Assembly (NCBI GenBank): GCA_964556185.1
Contig: CAZKVI010000001.1
Location: 7,165 to 71,164, forward strand
Source: an uncultured Methanosarcinales archaeon
GTDB taxonomy: Archaea > Nanobdellota > Nanobdellia > Woesearchaeales > DSVV01
Length of the DNA: 64,000 nt
Direction: 5' to 3'
Part shown: positions 11,090 through 19,450 of the stretch, piece by piece
How the letters are laid out: each line of letters opens with the position of its first letter
Numbering within the stretch: position 1 is the first letter of the stretch
The notes under the pieces: generated by a model
Databases searched by the model: none
What the model was told of the DNA's origin: nothing
The model's input: the letters and a program-made list of their open reading frames with translations, nothing else
Program-made: the position numbers and the translations under genes

Positions 11090-12052
11090 TTATTGGTAAG
11101 TTATTGGAGCAGAAATTGTTCTCATAAACATTTCTTTTATTTGTGCTTGGTCTGCTTCATAAACAACCTTTACATTTTCACCATCTGAAAATCTGGTTTT
11201 ACTTCCTAATACTGTGACATCAACATTCCTTCTTACAATTTTTCCTAGATCTGGATTCACAACTAAAGCTAGTGTTAGAGGATCATGCATACAAGTAAAA
11301 TATACATCTGTTTCAAATACACCATCTCTATAATCAAACCAAACATCAGCCATTGAACAAACAGCTTGATTAACTTGATCAACCCCTCTTAATGTTTCTA
11401 ATTCTTTTCTATAAAGTCTACATTGTGTTGTTACATCTAATGGAACCATTGTCATTGGTATACCAGATCTCAGAACTTTTTTTGCAGCTAGTGTGTCAGT
11501 GTAAACATTATGTTCTTGTCTTGTTCTTCTATGATTTGGTCTTTCTAAATTTAATTGTTCTGGGTAAGAAATAGATCCAGCCATCATATAAAGATGTTTA
11601 ATTCTTTCTCTAATTCTTGGTTCTTTTTGTAATGCTCTTGCAATATTTGTTAAGCCACCAAGTGTAACTATATTATATTCTCCAGGATGTTCCATTATTT
11701 CTTGAACTAAGAAATCAACTGCTCCTGTTTGAATTCCTAGTTCTCTTATATCAGCTCTTGTTTCTTCAGAAGTTAGAATTCCTTCACCTTCTCTACCTGT
11801 TGTTGCAATTCTTCTATATCCAGATCCAAATAGAAATGGTTTTGCTTCACCAGTATAAACAGGAATATCTTGTCCAGCAAGATCTACTAATTTCTTAGCT
11901 ATTTTAGCTCTAAGGTCAACATTTCCATAGACAGTGGTTATGGCTGCAATATCTAAATTAGGATGTTTTAAGGCAAATAATAATGCAAATGCATCATCAA
12001 TATCTAGTCCTATTTCAGTATCTATAATTACTCTATTTTCCTTAGTCCCCAT
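11090..12052 (-). CDS. Inosine-uridine preferring nucleoside hydrolase family protein.
   Basis: N-terminal DTEIGLDIDDAFAL motif, which is the DxDxxxDD Ca-binding signature of IU-nucleoside hydrolases. Size is about 320 aa. Confidence 0.75.
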   Translation of the reverse strand: MGTKENRVIIDTEIGLDIDDAFALLFALKHPNLDIAAITTVYGNVDLRAKIAKKLVDLAGQDIPVYTGEAKPFLFGSGYRRIATTGREGEGILTSEETRADIRELGIQTGAVDFLVQEIMEHPGEYNIVTLGGLTNIARALQKEPRIRERIKHLYMMAGSISYPEQLNLERPNHRRTRQEHNVYTDTLAAKKVLRSGIPMTMVPLDVTTQCRLYRKELETLRGVDQVNQAVCSMADVWFDYRDGVFETDVYFTCMHDPLTLALVVNPDLGKIVRRNVDVTVLGSKTRFSDGENVKVVYEADQAQIKEMFMRTISAPITYQ

Positions 12053-12166
12053 ATGTTGGAGAAATCAATTACTATTTATAAGCTTTTGTATATTAATCTA
12101 CTGATTAGTAATGAAAACCAAAAAATATAGAAACCTATTTATATGGGTTAGTTTATAAGATAAAAC

Positions 12167-12736
12167 ATGGAAATTACACCAGAATTAAAAAAGGATTTAA
12201 GCAAATATATTGGAAAAGAGAGAAAAAGAGGGTTTTCTGATGATAAGATAAAGACAGCTCTAATTAAGGCAGGATATAAAAAGAAGGATCTTAATCCATT
12301 ATTTCAGAAGTCTGGGAAGGTTGAAGTTGCTAAATCTTTTGATATGAAAAATGTTGGAAAAGTATTAACTGTTATTTTTTTAGTACTTTTTATTGGATTT
12401 ATTGCTTATGCTTTTTTGAATAATGAATGTGATACAATTGATTGTTTTATAGAACATGCAAATGAGTGTAAACCAACTTCTTTAGAAGTTGATGATTCTG
12501 GAACAATACATTATTATGAAATACAAGATAATTGTGTATTTTATAGAGAATATACAAAATTAGCTGATGATGAACCTCAAGAGGTTGTTGATTTATTATT
12601 AGGTAAGAGTTTAACTTGTAATTATGCATTAGGTGAATTTAATACAGATTGGGTAAATACAATATCTATTGGATTAGAAGATTGCGAAGGTGAGTTAGTA
12701 GATAGTATGAATGTTATAATAGCAGCTGTTTCTTAG
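12167..12736 (+). CDS. Hypothetical membrane protein. Its N-terminal ~45-aa domain is paralogous to the 57414..58151 product.
   Basis: KRGFSDDKIKTALIKAGYKKKDL resembles TKGFTKDEIREKLLGSGWRTKDV in the other ORF. It is followed by a TM helix and a Cys-containing extracytoplasmic part. Confidence 0.45.
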   Translation: MEITPELKKDLSKYIGKERKRGFSDDKIKTALIKAGYKKKDLNPLFQKSGKVEVAKSFDMKNVGKVLTVIFLVLFIGFIAYAFLNNECDTIDCFIEHANECKPTSLEVDDSGTIHYYEIQDNCVFYREYTKLADDEPQEVVDLLLGKSLTCNYALGEFNTDWVNTISIGLEDCEGELVDSMNVIIAAVS

Positions 12737-12904
12737 GAATTGATAATATTGCCAAGCGTAGTCCAAGACTTATCTTAGAATTGAACGATCCTAGGTAAAC
12801 TTATAGAACTTTGTATTGACACGGAGCGCAATATTATCGCTTGTTTGTGCACGTACAACTTATTCTTTCTTTTTACTGTGCCCGTAAGAGTATACACACA
12901 AACC

Positions 12905-12977
12905 ACAGAAGTCTGCGATACAGAAGCTAAAGCTTCTTAGTTTCTTGCAGAAACCTTCTTGGTTTCCTAACGGAAAC
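12905..12977 (+). repeat. Cluster of three short tetraloop hairpins. It shares the motifs acagaagtct and tttcctaacggaaa with the copy at 31819..31856. It is either a terminator-like element after 12167..12736 or a leader of trpS.
   Basis: agaagc-taaa-gcttct (12922-12937), tttct-tgc-agaaa (12941-12953), gtttcc-taac-ggaaac (12962-12977). A 10-mer and a 14-mer are identical to the second locus. Confidence 0.5.
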
Positions 12978-13007
12978 TTTATTAATACATATATTAGATC
13001 ATATACT

Positions 13008-14132
13008 ATGGCATATACTGTAACACCTTGGAAAGTTCAAGGAGATGTAGATTATAATAAAGTAATCAAAGACTTTGGAGTTCAAGCTATTGATGATAAA
13101 CTAGCAAAAAGAATAAAGAAACACACTGGAGAACTTCATCATTTGCTTAGAAGAAATATATTCTTTGCTCATAGGGATTTAAAATTTATTCTAGATGAAT
13201 ATGAAAAAGGAAATAAATTCTTTTTATACACAGGAAGAGCTCCATCTGGAAATACACATATGGGCCATTTAGTGCCTTGGATGTTTACAAAATGGTTGCA
13301 AGATAAATTTGATGTAGAATTATGGTTTCAGTTTCCAGATGAAGAGAAGTTTTTGTTTAATGAAAAATTAACTTTAGAAGATACTGAAAAATATACAACA
13401 GAAAACATGTTAGATGTTATTGCTTTGGGTTTTAATCCAAAGAAAACACATTTTATTGTTGATACAAAGCATGCAAACTTAATGTATAAAGAAGCTTTGA
13501 AAGTTGCAAAGAAAATAACTTTCTCGACTGCAAAATCAGCATTCGGTTTTTCAAATGATCAAAACATTGGTTCAATATTTTACACAGCAATGCAAGCAGT
13601 GCCTGCATTTTTACCTTCTGTTATTAAGAAGAAAAATATTCCTTGTTTAATTCCACATGCTATTGATCAAGATCCGCATTTTAGAGTTTCTCGTGATGTT
13701 ATTCCAAAACTTGGTCATTATAAACCTGCTTCAATACAATGTAGATTTTTACCAGGATTAGGTGGGATGCATGGGGATGGAAAAATGTCTTCTTCATCTG
13801 GCGATAATGCAACAATATTTACAACAGATGATGAAAAAACAGTTAAGAAAAAAATAAATAAGTATGCTTTTTCAGGTGGCCAAGTAACTGTTGAAGAACA
13901 TAGAAAAAAAGGTGGAAACCCAGATGTTGATGTAAGTTTTCAATGGTTGCAATTCTTTGAAGAAGATGATAAGAAGTTGAAGAAATATTATGATGATTAT
14001 AAATCTGGGAAGCTATTGACTGGCGAATTAAAGGCAATATTGATTGATAAATTGAATAAATTCTTAGTAAAACATCAAAAAGCCAGAGAAAAGGCTAGAA
14101 GTAAACTAGATCAGTATATCTACAAGGTTTAA
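13008..14132 (+). CDS. trpS: Tryptophanyl-tRNA synthetase, archaeal/eukaryotic type.
   Basis: YTGRAPSGNTHMGHLVPWMFTKWLQD is the class I HIGH region, highly similar to eukaryotic/archaeal TrpRS GRGPSS-LHLGHL. KMSSSSG is the KMSKS motif. The start is placed at the in-frame ATG 13008 after the hairpin cluster; the ORF-track start 12945 would include the hairpin. Confidence 0.75.
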   Translation: MAYTVTPWKVQGDVDYNKVIKDFGVQAIDDKLAKRIKKHTGELHHLLRRNIFFAHRDLKFILDEYEKGNKFFLYTGRAPSGNTHMGHLVPWMFTKWLQDKFDVELWFQFPDEEKFLFNEKLTLEDTEKYTTENMLDVIALGFNPKKTHFIVDTKHANLMYKEALKVAKKITFSTAKSAFGFSNDQNIGSIFYTAMQAVPAFLPSVIKKKNIPCLIPHAIDQDPHFRVSRDVIPKLGHYKPASIQCRFLPGLGGMHGDGKMSSSSGDNATIFTTDDEKTVKKKINKYAFSGGQVTVEEHRKKGGNPDVDVSFQWLQFFEEDDKKLKKYYDDYKSGKLLTGELKAILIDKLNKFLVKHQKAREKARSKLDQYIYKV

Positions 14133-14207
14133 TTTCTATATATTAATTCTTACTTTTGAGTAGAAAGGTATATAAATATTGAACTATTTCTCTGTTTTGA
14201 GGGTGTT

Positions 14208-14966
14208 TTGATGGGAAATGATAGAACTGAAGTTGATGAGGGTAATATTTTTGGTATTTCTAGAGAATCTGAGCTATGTGATACTCCAATTCCAGACTCT
14301 TTAGTACTTCGAGATGTGAATGAGCCTGAAAACACTTTAGAAATGGTATTATCTGCTTCAGGAAGTGAGGATGGTGATGAAGTATCTATTGGAGGAGACA
14401 ATGGTGCAGGTAGACCATTAGAATTACAAGTAGGAGATGAAGATTCAGGAACTACTTATTCTAGTTACAATGTGTTATTTCTTTCTCATTGGATTCCTAA
14501 ATATATAGAAGGCCATAGATACACAGTTGTTGATCCATCAGGAGCTGAAATTAGATTGAATGTCACATTATTTCCTGCTTATAAAGGCAACAATGATGAT
14601 TTAATTGCAGCACAGAAAAATAGACCGTATGATTTACTTATTTCAACAACTTCTAAAGGAGAAGTTAATGATGAAGAAGAGAAAGGAACGATTACACAAA
14701 TAGCAAGAACACCAGGAAAAAAAACAAGAACACCAATAGTTCATAAGGGTGGACAAGTTTATCTTATAGTGGACCAAGATGTTTATGAAATAGCAGATGA
14801 ATTAGATGATACATCTGTGCGAAGTTCTCAACATGGTGAATTGTTATTGCCAAGAGCCACTATTCCAGGATCTTCAGATATAACATTAAATCTATTAGAA
14901 ATAATTTTAGATAATGTGCTTGGCTATCATCAAGAATATATAAATATATTACCTTCTACAGAGTAA
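14208..14966 (+). CDS. Hypothetical acidic protein (252 aa).
   Basis: ORF only. GC content is higher than the surrounding sequence. Confidence 0.35.
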   Translation: MMGNDRTEVDEGNIFGISRESELCDTPIPDSLVLRDVNEPENTLEMVLSASGSEDGDEVSIGGDNGAGRPLELQVGDEDSGTTYSSYNVLFLSHWIPKYIEGHRYTVVDPSGAEIRLNVTLFPAYKGNNDDLIAAQKNRPYDLLISTTSKGEVNDEEEKGTITQIARTPGKKTRTPIVHKGGQVYLIVDQDVYEIADELDDTSVRSSQHGELLLPRATIPGSSDITLNLLEIILDNVLGYHQEYINILPSTE

Positions 14967-15005
14967 TACTAAAACTTTTTATATTCAATCATTCTTAAGA
15001 CCTTT

Positions 15006-15218
15006 ATGACTAAACATACTAAGACAATCAAACAACCAGGTAAAGTACCTTTGAAGCAGTCATTCTTCTTAATGAGTATTATTGGATTTATTATATCTGC
15101 AGGGTTTACTATGTCTGGGAGGATTGATACAACATGGGGTTTTACTTTTAGTTTAGTATTTGTGATAATGTTTATTGCTTCTATAGTTAGTATGACTCCA
15201 GATGTGCCAAGGAATTAG
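15006..15218 (+). CDS. Small membrane protein (70 aa, two TM helices).
   Basis: Hydrophobic ORF, convergent with trmB-like gene. Confidence 0.3.
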   Translation: MTKHTKTIKQPGKVPLKQSFFLMSIIGFIISAGFTMSGRIDTTWGFTFSLVFVIMFIASIVSMTPDVPRN

Positions 15219-15967
15219 TTCTTTGCTATTGTCCACATGAATTTAAAGTAATTTCTAAATGAATCTGCAACTTTTTGATTTTTTACTCTGAAAGCAATTG
15301 GATTTTTTATCCAGAGAGCAATAAATGTCACATCTTTGTAAATGTTTATTGTTGCAGGTGTTTCTTGAGCAAGGAATTTGTTTTCTGTTATTGGTGATTG
15401 TTGTTCATATTGAAAAGTATCTCTTGCACTCTCATTGTAAATTATTTTCCATTTCATTTTCTTTTTTTCACATTTTTTAATGATCTTTGTTATTAATGTA
15501 TTAGTTCTTTCTTTATCCTCTCCAGCATATGCTCCAAGAACATACCATGTATCATTTTTACCCATTGCTTTTATGCCTTCATTGAATACAGTTTCAATAC
15601 CTTTCCATCCTTTGAATATCTCTGCTTCTGTTTCATCAACACCAAATGTTTGTTTTAGTTTTAATTCTGGTAAAATTTTAGAAATTTCTTTTTCTTGATC
15701 TTTAATTTTCTTTTTCTTATCATCTAAGAAATCAAGTAATCTATCAGGATCAACTGCTTTGAAATGTTTAGTGTTGGCCATGATTACATGAGTGACTAAT
15801 CCTTTGTCAGCTAATCTTTCTAATCCATCATACACTTTTGATGTATGTGTGCCTGTTTTCTTGATTATTGCTCCAGTAGTTGTAGAACCAAGTTCTAATA
15901 ATGCTAAGTATATCTTTATCTCATTCTTTGATAAACCTATTGATTCGAGGATATTCTCTATTGCCAT
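15215..15967 (-). CDS. TrmB-family transcriptional regulator.
   Basis: N-terminal wHTH (LSKNEIKIYLALLELGSTTTGAIIKKTGTHTSKVYDGLERLADKGLV) typical of TrmB, followed by a C-terminal effector domain. Confidence 0.65.
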   Translation of the reverse strand: MAIENILESIGLSKNEIKIYLALLELGSTTTGAIIKKTGTHTSKVYDGLERLADKGLVTHVIMANTKHFKAVDPDRLLDFLDDKKKKIKDQEKEISKILPELKLKQTFGVDETEAEIFKGWKGIETVFNEGIKAMGKNDTWYVLGAYAGEDKERTNTLITKIIKKCEKKKMKWKIIYNESARDTFQYEQQSPITENKFLAQETPATINIYKDVTFIALWIKNPIAFRVKNQKVADSFRNYFKFMWTIAKN

Positions 15968-16069
15968 GCTTTAAGTAGTATATATTTATTATATAAATCT
16001 TTCTATTGTTCTCCCTTTAGGGAAGAAGAACGTTTATATGGTTTTCATATGTACTAAATATGGTGTAAA

Positions 16070-16744
16070 ATGACAAAATTGTATGTTAAAGCTAGACCTT
16101 ATGATTATCAATTTGAACTAGATAAAACAGCGTTAATATTAGTTGATTTTCAAAGAGATTTTTTGTATTCTGGAGGATTTGGTGAAAGTCTCGGCAATGA
16201 TGTTTCGCTTCTCCAAAGAGCAGTTGAACCAACAAAAAGAGTATTAAAAGCAAGTAGGGATTATGGTTTGCAAATTTTTCATGTGAGGGAGGGCCATAAA
16301 CCAGATTTAAGTGATTGTCCAATCTCAAAAAGAACGCGAGGAAATTTTGAAAAGAGAATTGGTGATGTTGGTCAGATGGGAAGAATTCTTGTTAGAGGAG
16401 AGTATGGGCATGGGATAATTGATGAGTTGGCTCCAATAGACGGAGAAATGATTATTGATAAGCCAGGAAAATCTGCTTTTTATAAAACTAATCTGGCTGA
16501 AGAATTAGATCAAAGAGGAATTAGATATTTAATATTCACAGGCGTTACAACAGAAGTCTGTACATTAACAACAGTTGCTCAAGCAAATGATCATGGGTAT
16601 GAAGTACTTACTTTAGAAGACTGTGTAGGTTCTTACAAACCAGATTTACATGAATCAGCATTAAAGATGATTACATCTCAAGATGGAATCTTTGGGTGGG
16701 TAACTGAATCTAGGTATTTTTTGGATGTTGTTCAGGGATCGTAG
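16070..16744 (+). CDS. Isochorismatase-family cysteine hydrolase (nicotinamidase or N-carbamoylsarcosine amidase-like).
   Basis: LILVDFQRDF and FTGVTTEVCTLTTVAQANDHGYEV motifs, which are the catalytic Asp/Lys/Cys pattern of isochorismatase-like hydrolases. Confidence 0.7.
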   Translation: MTKLYVKARPYDYQFELDKTALILVDFQRDFLYSGGFGESLGNDVSLLQRAVEPTKRVLKASRDYGLQIFHVREGHKPDLSDCPISKRTRGNFEKRIGDVGQMGRILVRGEYGHGIIDELAPIDGEMIIDKPGKSAFYKTNLAEELDQRGIRYLIFTGVTTEVCTLTTVAQANDHGYEVLTLEDCVGSYKPDLHESALKMITSQDGIFGWVTESRYFLDVVQGS

Positions 16745-16800
16745 TTTTTAGCTACTTTTTGACCTATGGGTTTATATATAAAAAGTGATTTCTCTCTATT

Positions 16801-17577
16801 ATGTTAGTCGAAGATGGGGTAGCTCAAGCGTTTGAGGCTCTTCACCAAAGGAGTCAACATGGTCGCTTTGAGCAGGGTGCATTTGATACAATAACTCATT
16901 TGTTGCAGTTAGCTAGTGAGGGTCTCAAACTTAATCTAGATACAACTGTTTTAGATGTAGGTTCTGGTCCTGGTTATAGAACTAGAAGAGTTTTCAGAGA
17001 CTGTGATTTAACTCTTTTGGAATGTAGTGAAACTGCACTTCAACAAGCAAGAGATGATAGAATTGAAGGTAGTAAAGTAACTTTATTACAAGCAGATTAT
17101 TTTGATATTCCTTTAGAAGATGGATCAGTTGATCTTCTTGTGGCAAATGGGATAAATGAACATTATTTAGATCCAGTTAGACAACAATTATTTGAAGAAT
17201 TATATAGAATTGTTAGGCCCTGCGGTGGAAGAATGGCACTAATTGTTCCAAATGGATTAAATCCATTTCACGCACTTTGGAAAGGTATTGCAGAGCAAAG
17301 GGGAACATGGTCTTTTGGTCCACAATATGATTTTACTCCTGCTGAATTGTATGCTAGGATGTATCATGTGGGTTTTGATTATCTTGAATGTTTTGGAGTT
17401 GGAGCTTTTACATCTTGGGTAAGACTTTTCCCAAAATCATTACAAAGAGAGCTAGTAAAAAACCCAACGCCATCTAGAAGATTAAATGAGTTATTAGTTA
17501 ACTTAGATTCAACTTCTACTTCTAGATCAAATAGATATCTTGGAAGGGAAGTAATGGTTGTCGGATATAAAAATTAA
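16801..17577 (+). CDS. Class I SAM-dependent methyltransferase.
   Basis: LDVGSGPGY motif I and a downstream acidic motif. The 5' part is markedly GC-richer than the genomic background. Confidence 0.6.
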   Translation: MLVEDGVAQAFEALHQRSQHGRFEQGAFDTITHLLQLASEGLKLNLDTTVLDVGSGPGYRTRRVFRDCDLTLLECSETALQQARDDRIEGSKVTLLQADYFDIPLEDGSVDLLVANGINEHYLDPVRQQLFEELYRIVRPCGGRMALIVPNGLNPFHALWKGIAEQRGTWSFGPQYDFTPAELYARMYHVGFDYLECFGVGAFTSWVRLFPKSLQRELVKNPTPSRRLNELLVNLDSTSTSRSNRYLGREVMVVGYKN

Positions 17578-18881
17578 GAATACAACGGAAACCCTTCCAT
17601 CAATTCCTCAATCTCTTCTCGTGTTTTCTTAATCAATGTTTCATCGTTGTAATTATTAACAATCTTTGTTATCCATTCACCTACTGTTTTCATTTCAGAT
17701 TCTTTCATTCCTCTTTGAGTTAAAACAGGTGTTCCTAATCTAATTCCAGAAGGTTTGAATGGTGTGCTTGGATCGTATGGAATTGTGTTTCTGTTTGTGT
17801 AAATTCCAGCTCTGGCTAATGCTTCTGAGACATCAAAACCCAAGCCAGGACCCATTGGAGTTAAATCTATTAATAACAAATGATTATCTGTTCCACCAGA
17901 AACTAATTTAAGTCCATTTTCCATTAAACTATCTGCTAAAGCTTTCGCATTCTTTACAACTTGTTGAGCAAAGTCTTTGAATTCTGGTTGCATTGCTTGC
18001 TTGAATGCAACTGCTTTTGCAGCAATTACATGTTCAAGAGGACCGCCTTGCATTCCTGGGAAGACTGCTCTGTCAATTTTTCTTGCTAAATTTTTAGCAA
18101 ACTTAGCTTTTTTCTCTTCCATATCAGAAGTATCAACAATTCTATCTTCTTTTTTAGATAATATAATTGCAGATCTTGGTCCGCATAATGTTTTGTGTGT
18201 TGTAGTTGTTACAATATCTGTAAATGGTAAAGGTGATGGATGTGCTCCACCAACAACTAATCCAGAAATATGACTTATGTCTGCCATTGAATAAGCACCA
18301 ACTTCTTCACAAATCTCATGGAATTCTTTGAAATCATAAGTTCTTGGATATGCTGTTGCTCCGCTTACAATCATTTTTGGTTTTTCTTCTTTAGCAAGTT
18401 TACATAATTTATCCATATCAATTCTACATGTATCTTTTTCAACACAATATTGAACAAAGTTGTAAGTTTTTCCAGTGAAGTTAATTGGATGTCCGTGGGT
18501 TAAATGACCGCCCTGGTCTAATTTCAAACCCATTATTTTATCTCCTGGTTTTAATAATGCATAATAAACTTCTAAGTTAGCAGTGCTTCCAGAATGTGGT
18601 TGAACATTTGCATGCTCTGCATTAAATAGTTTTTTTGCTCTTGCAATTGCAATATTTTCTACAACATCAATATTCTCAAATCCAGTGTAATATCTTTTAC
18701 CTGAATAACCTTCTGCATATTTACTTGTTAAAACAGAACCAGTAGCTTGCATTATGGCTTTGCTAGCCATACTTTCGCTAGGAATCATTACTAAAGTCTT
18801 GTTAAGTCTTTGTTTTTCTTTGTCAATAAGGTCTTTGATCTCTGGATCTACATTATTTATATCAGCCATAAAGTTTGACAT
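17574..18881 (-). CDS. glyA: Serine hydroxymethyltransferase.
   Basis: HLTHGHPINFTGK and VTTTTHKTLCGPR (the PLP-Lys motif) match full-length SHMT. Its stop overlaps the convergent methyltransferase gene. Confidence 0.9.
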   Translation of the reverse strand: MSNFMADINNVDPEIKDLIDKEKQRLNKTLVMIPSESMASKAIMQATGSVLTSKYAEGYSGKRYYTGFENIDVVENIAIARAKKLFNAEHANVQPHSGSTANLEVYYALLKPGDKIMGLKLDQGGHLTHGHPINFTGKTYNFVQYCVEKDTCRIDMDKLCKLAKEEKPKMIVSGATAYPRTYDFKEFHEICEEVGAYSMADISHISGLVVGGAHPSPLPFTDIVTTTTHKTLCGPRSAIILSKKEDRIVDTSDMEEKKAKFAKNLARKIDRAVFPGMQGGPLEHVIAAKAVAFKQAMQPEFKDFAQQVVKNAKALADSLMENGLKLVSGGTDNHLLLIDLTPMGPGLGFDVSEALARAGIYTNRNTIPYDPSTPFKPSGIRLGTPVLTQRGMKESEMKTVGEWITKIVNNYNDETLIKKTREEIEELMEGFPLYS

Positions 18882-18959
18882 TCAACCACCTCAGTTTTTT
18901 GTAAAGAAATAAGCTCTTTACAATTTTGAGGATTCTGGGGTGTTTATAAAGTTTATTGA

Positions 18960-19358
18960 ATGGTTATAGAAACACTTAAATATTACAATTGCATCTCCAT
19001 TTTTATGGGAAAAAGTGTGATTGCGGCTATGGATGATATTCTATTTTCTTCAAGGATAGATAGTACTGCAAAATTCAACAAAATTAATGTAGATTTTGTC
19101 AAGTCTAGGGACGACTTATTTGAAAAAGCAAGAATGAATAATGCTAGTTTGATTTTATTGGATTTGGATTTTAAAGAATTCGGACCAATGCGAACAATTT
19201 CTCAATTAAAAAAAGATGCTGTTCTAAGAAATGCAACAGTGATTGGTTATCTAGAAGAACATAACACAGAAACAAAAGCAGAAGCAGTTGGCGCAGGAGT
19301 CGATGCAGTTATGCTGAAAGAAGAACTAGATGGCAAATTAAGTAAGATTTTGAGTTAG
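18960..19358 (+). CDS. Stand-alone CheY-like receiver-domain protein. The true start is probably the internal Met near 19008.
   Basis: AAMDDIL acidic pocket, LILLDLDF phospho-Asp region and a conserved K in AVMLKEEL. Confidence 0.5.
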   Translation: MVIETLKYYNCISIFMGKSVIAAMDDILFSSRIDSTAKFNKINVDFVKSRDDLFEKARMNNASLILLDLDFKEFGPMRTISQLKKDAVLRNATVIGYLEEHNTETKAEAVGAGVDAVMLKEELDGKLSKILS

Positions 19359-19450
19359 ATTTAATAACTGCAGTTTTTCATTCTAATTACTGCGTTTTTG
19401 TAAAAAAGTTAGTAGGAAGTTCTATATATACATTAGTATTTCTTTATTTT

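Noticed and set aside
11392-11574. Several 60-120-aa ORFs overlapping annotated genes on the opposite strand (for example 11392..11574, 13843..14037, 17977..18273, 23018..23365, 23654..24016, 34969..35325, 50121..50333).
   Set aside because: Each lies inside a gene with strong family-level evidence and has no motifs of its own.
16549-16560. Third occurrence of the 11-mer acagaagtctg, inside the isochorismatase gene.
   Set aside because: It lies in coding sequence (TEVCT) without the partner tttcctaacggaaa motif or hairpin context, so it is probably coincidental.
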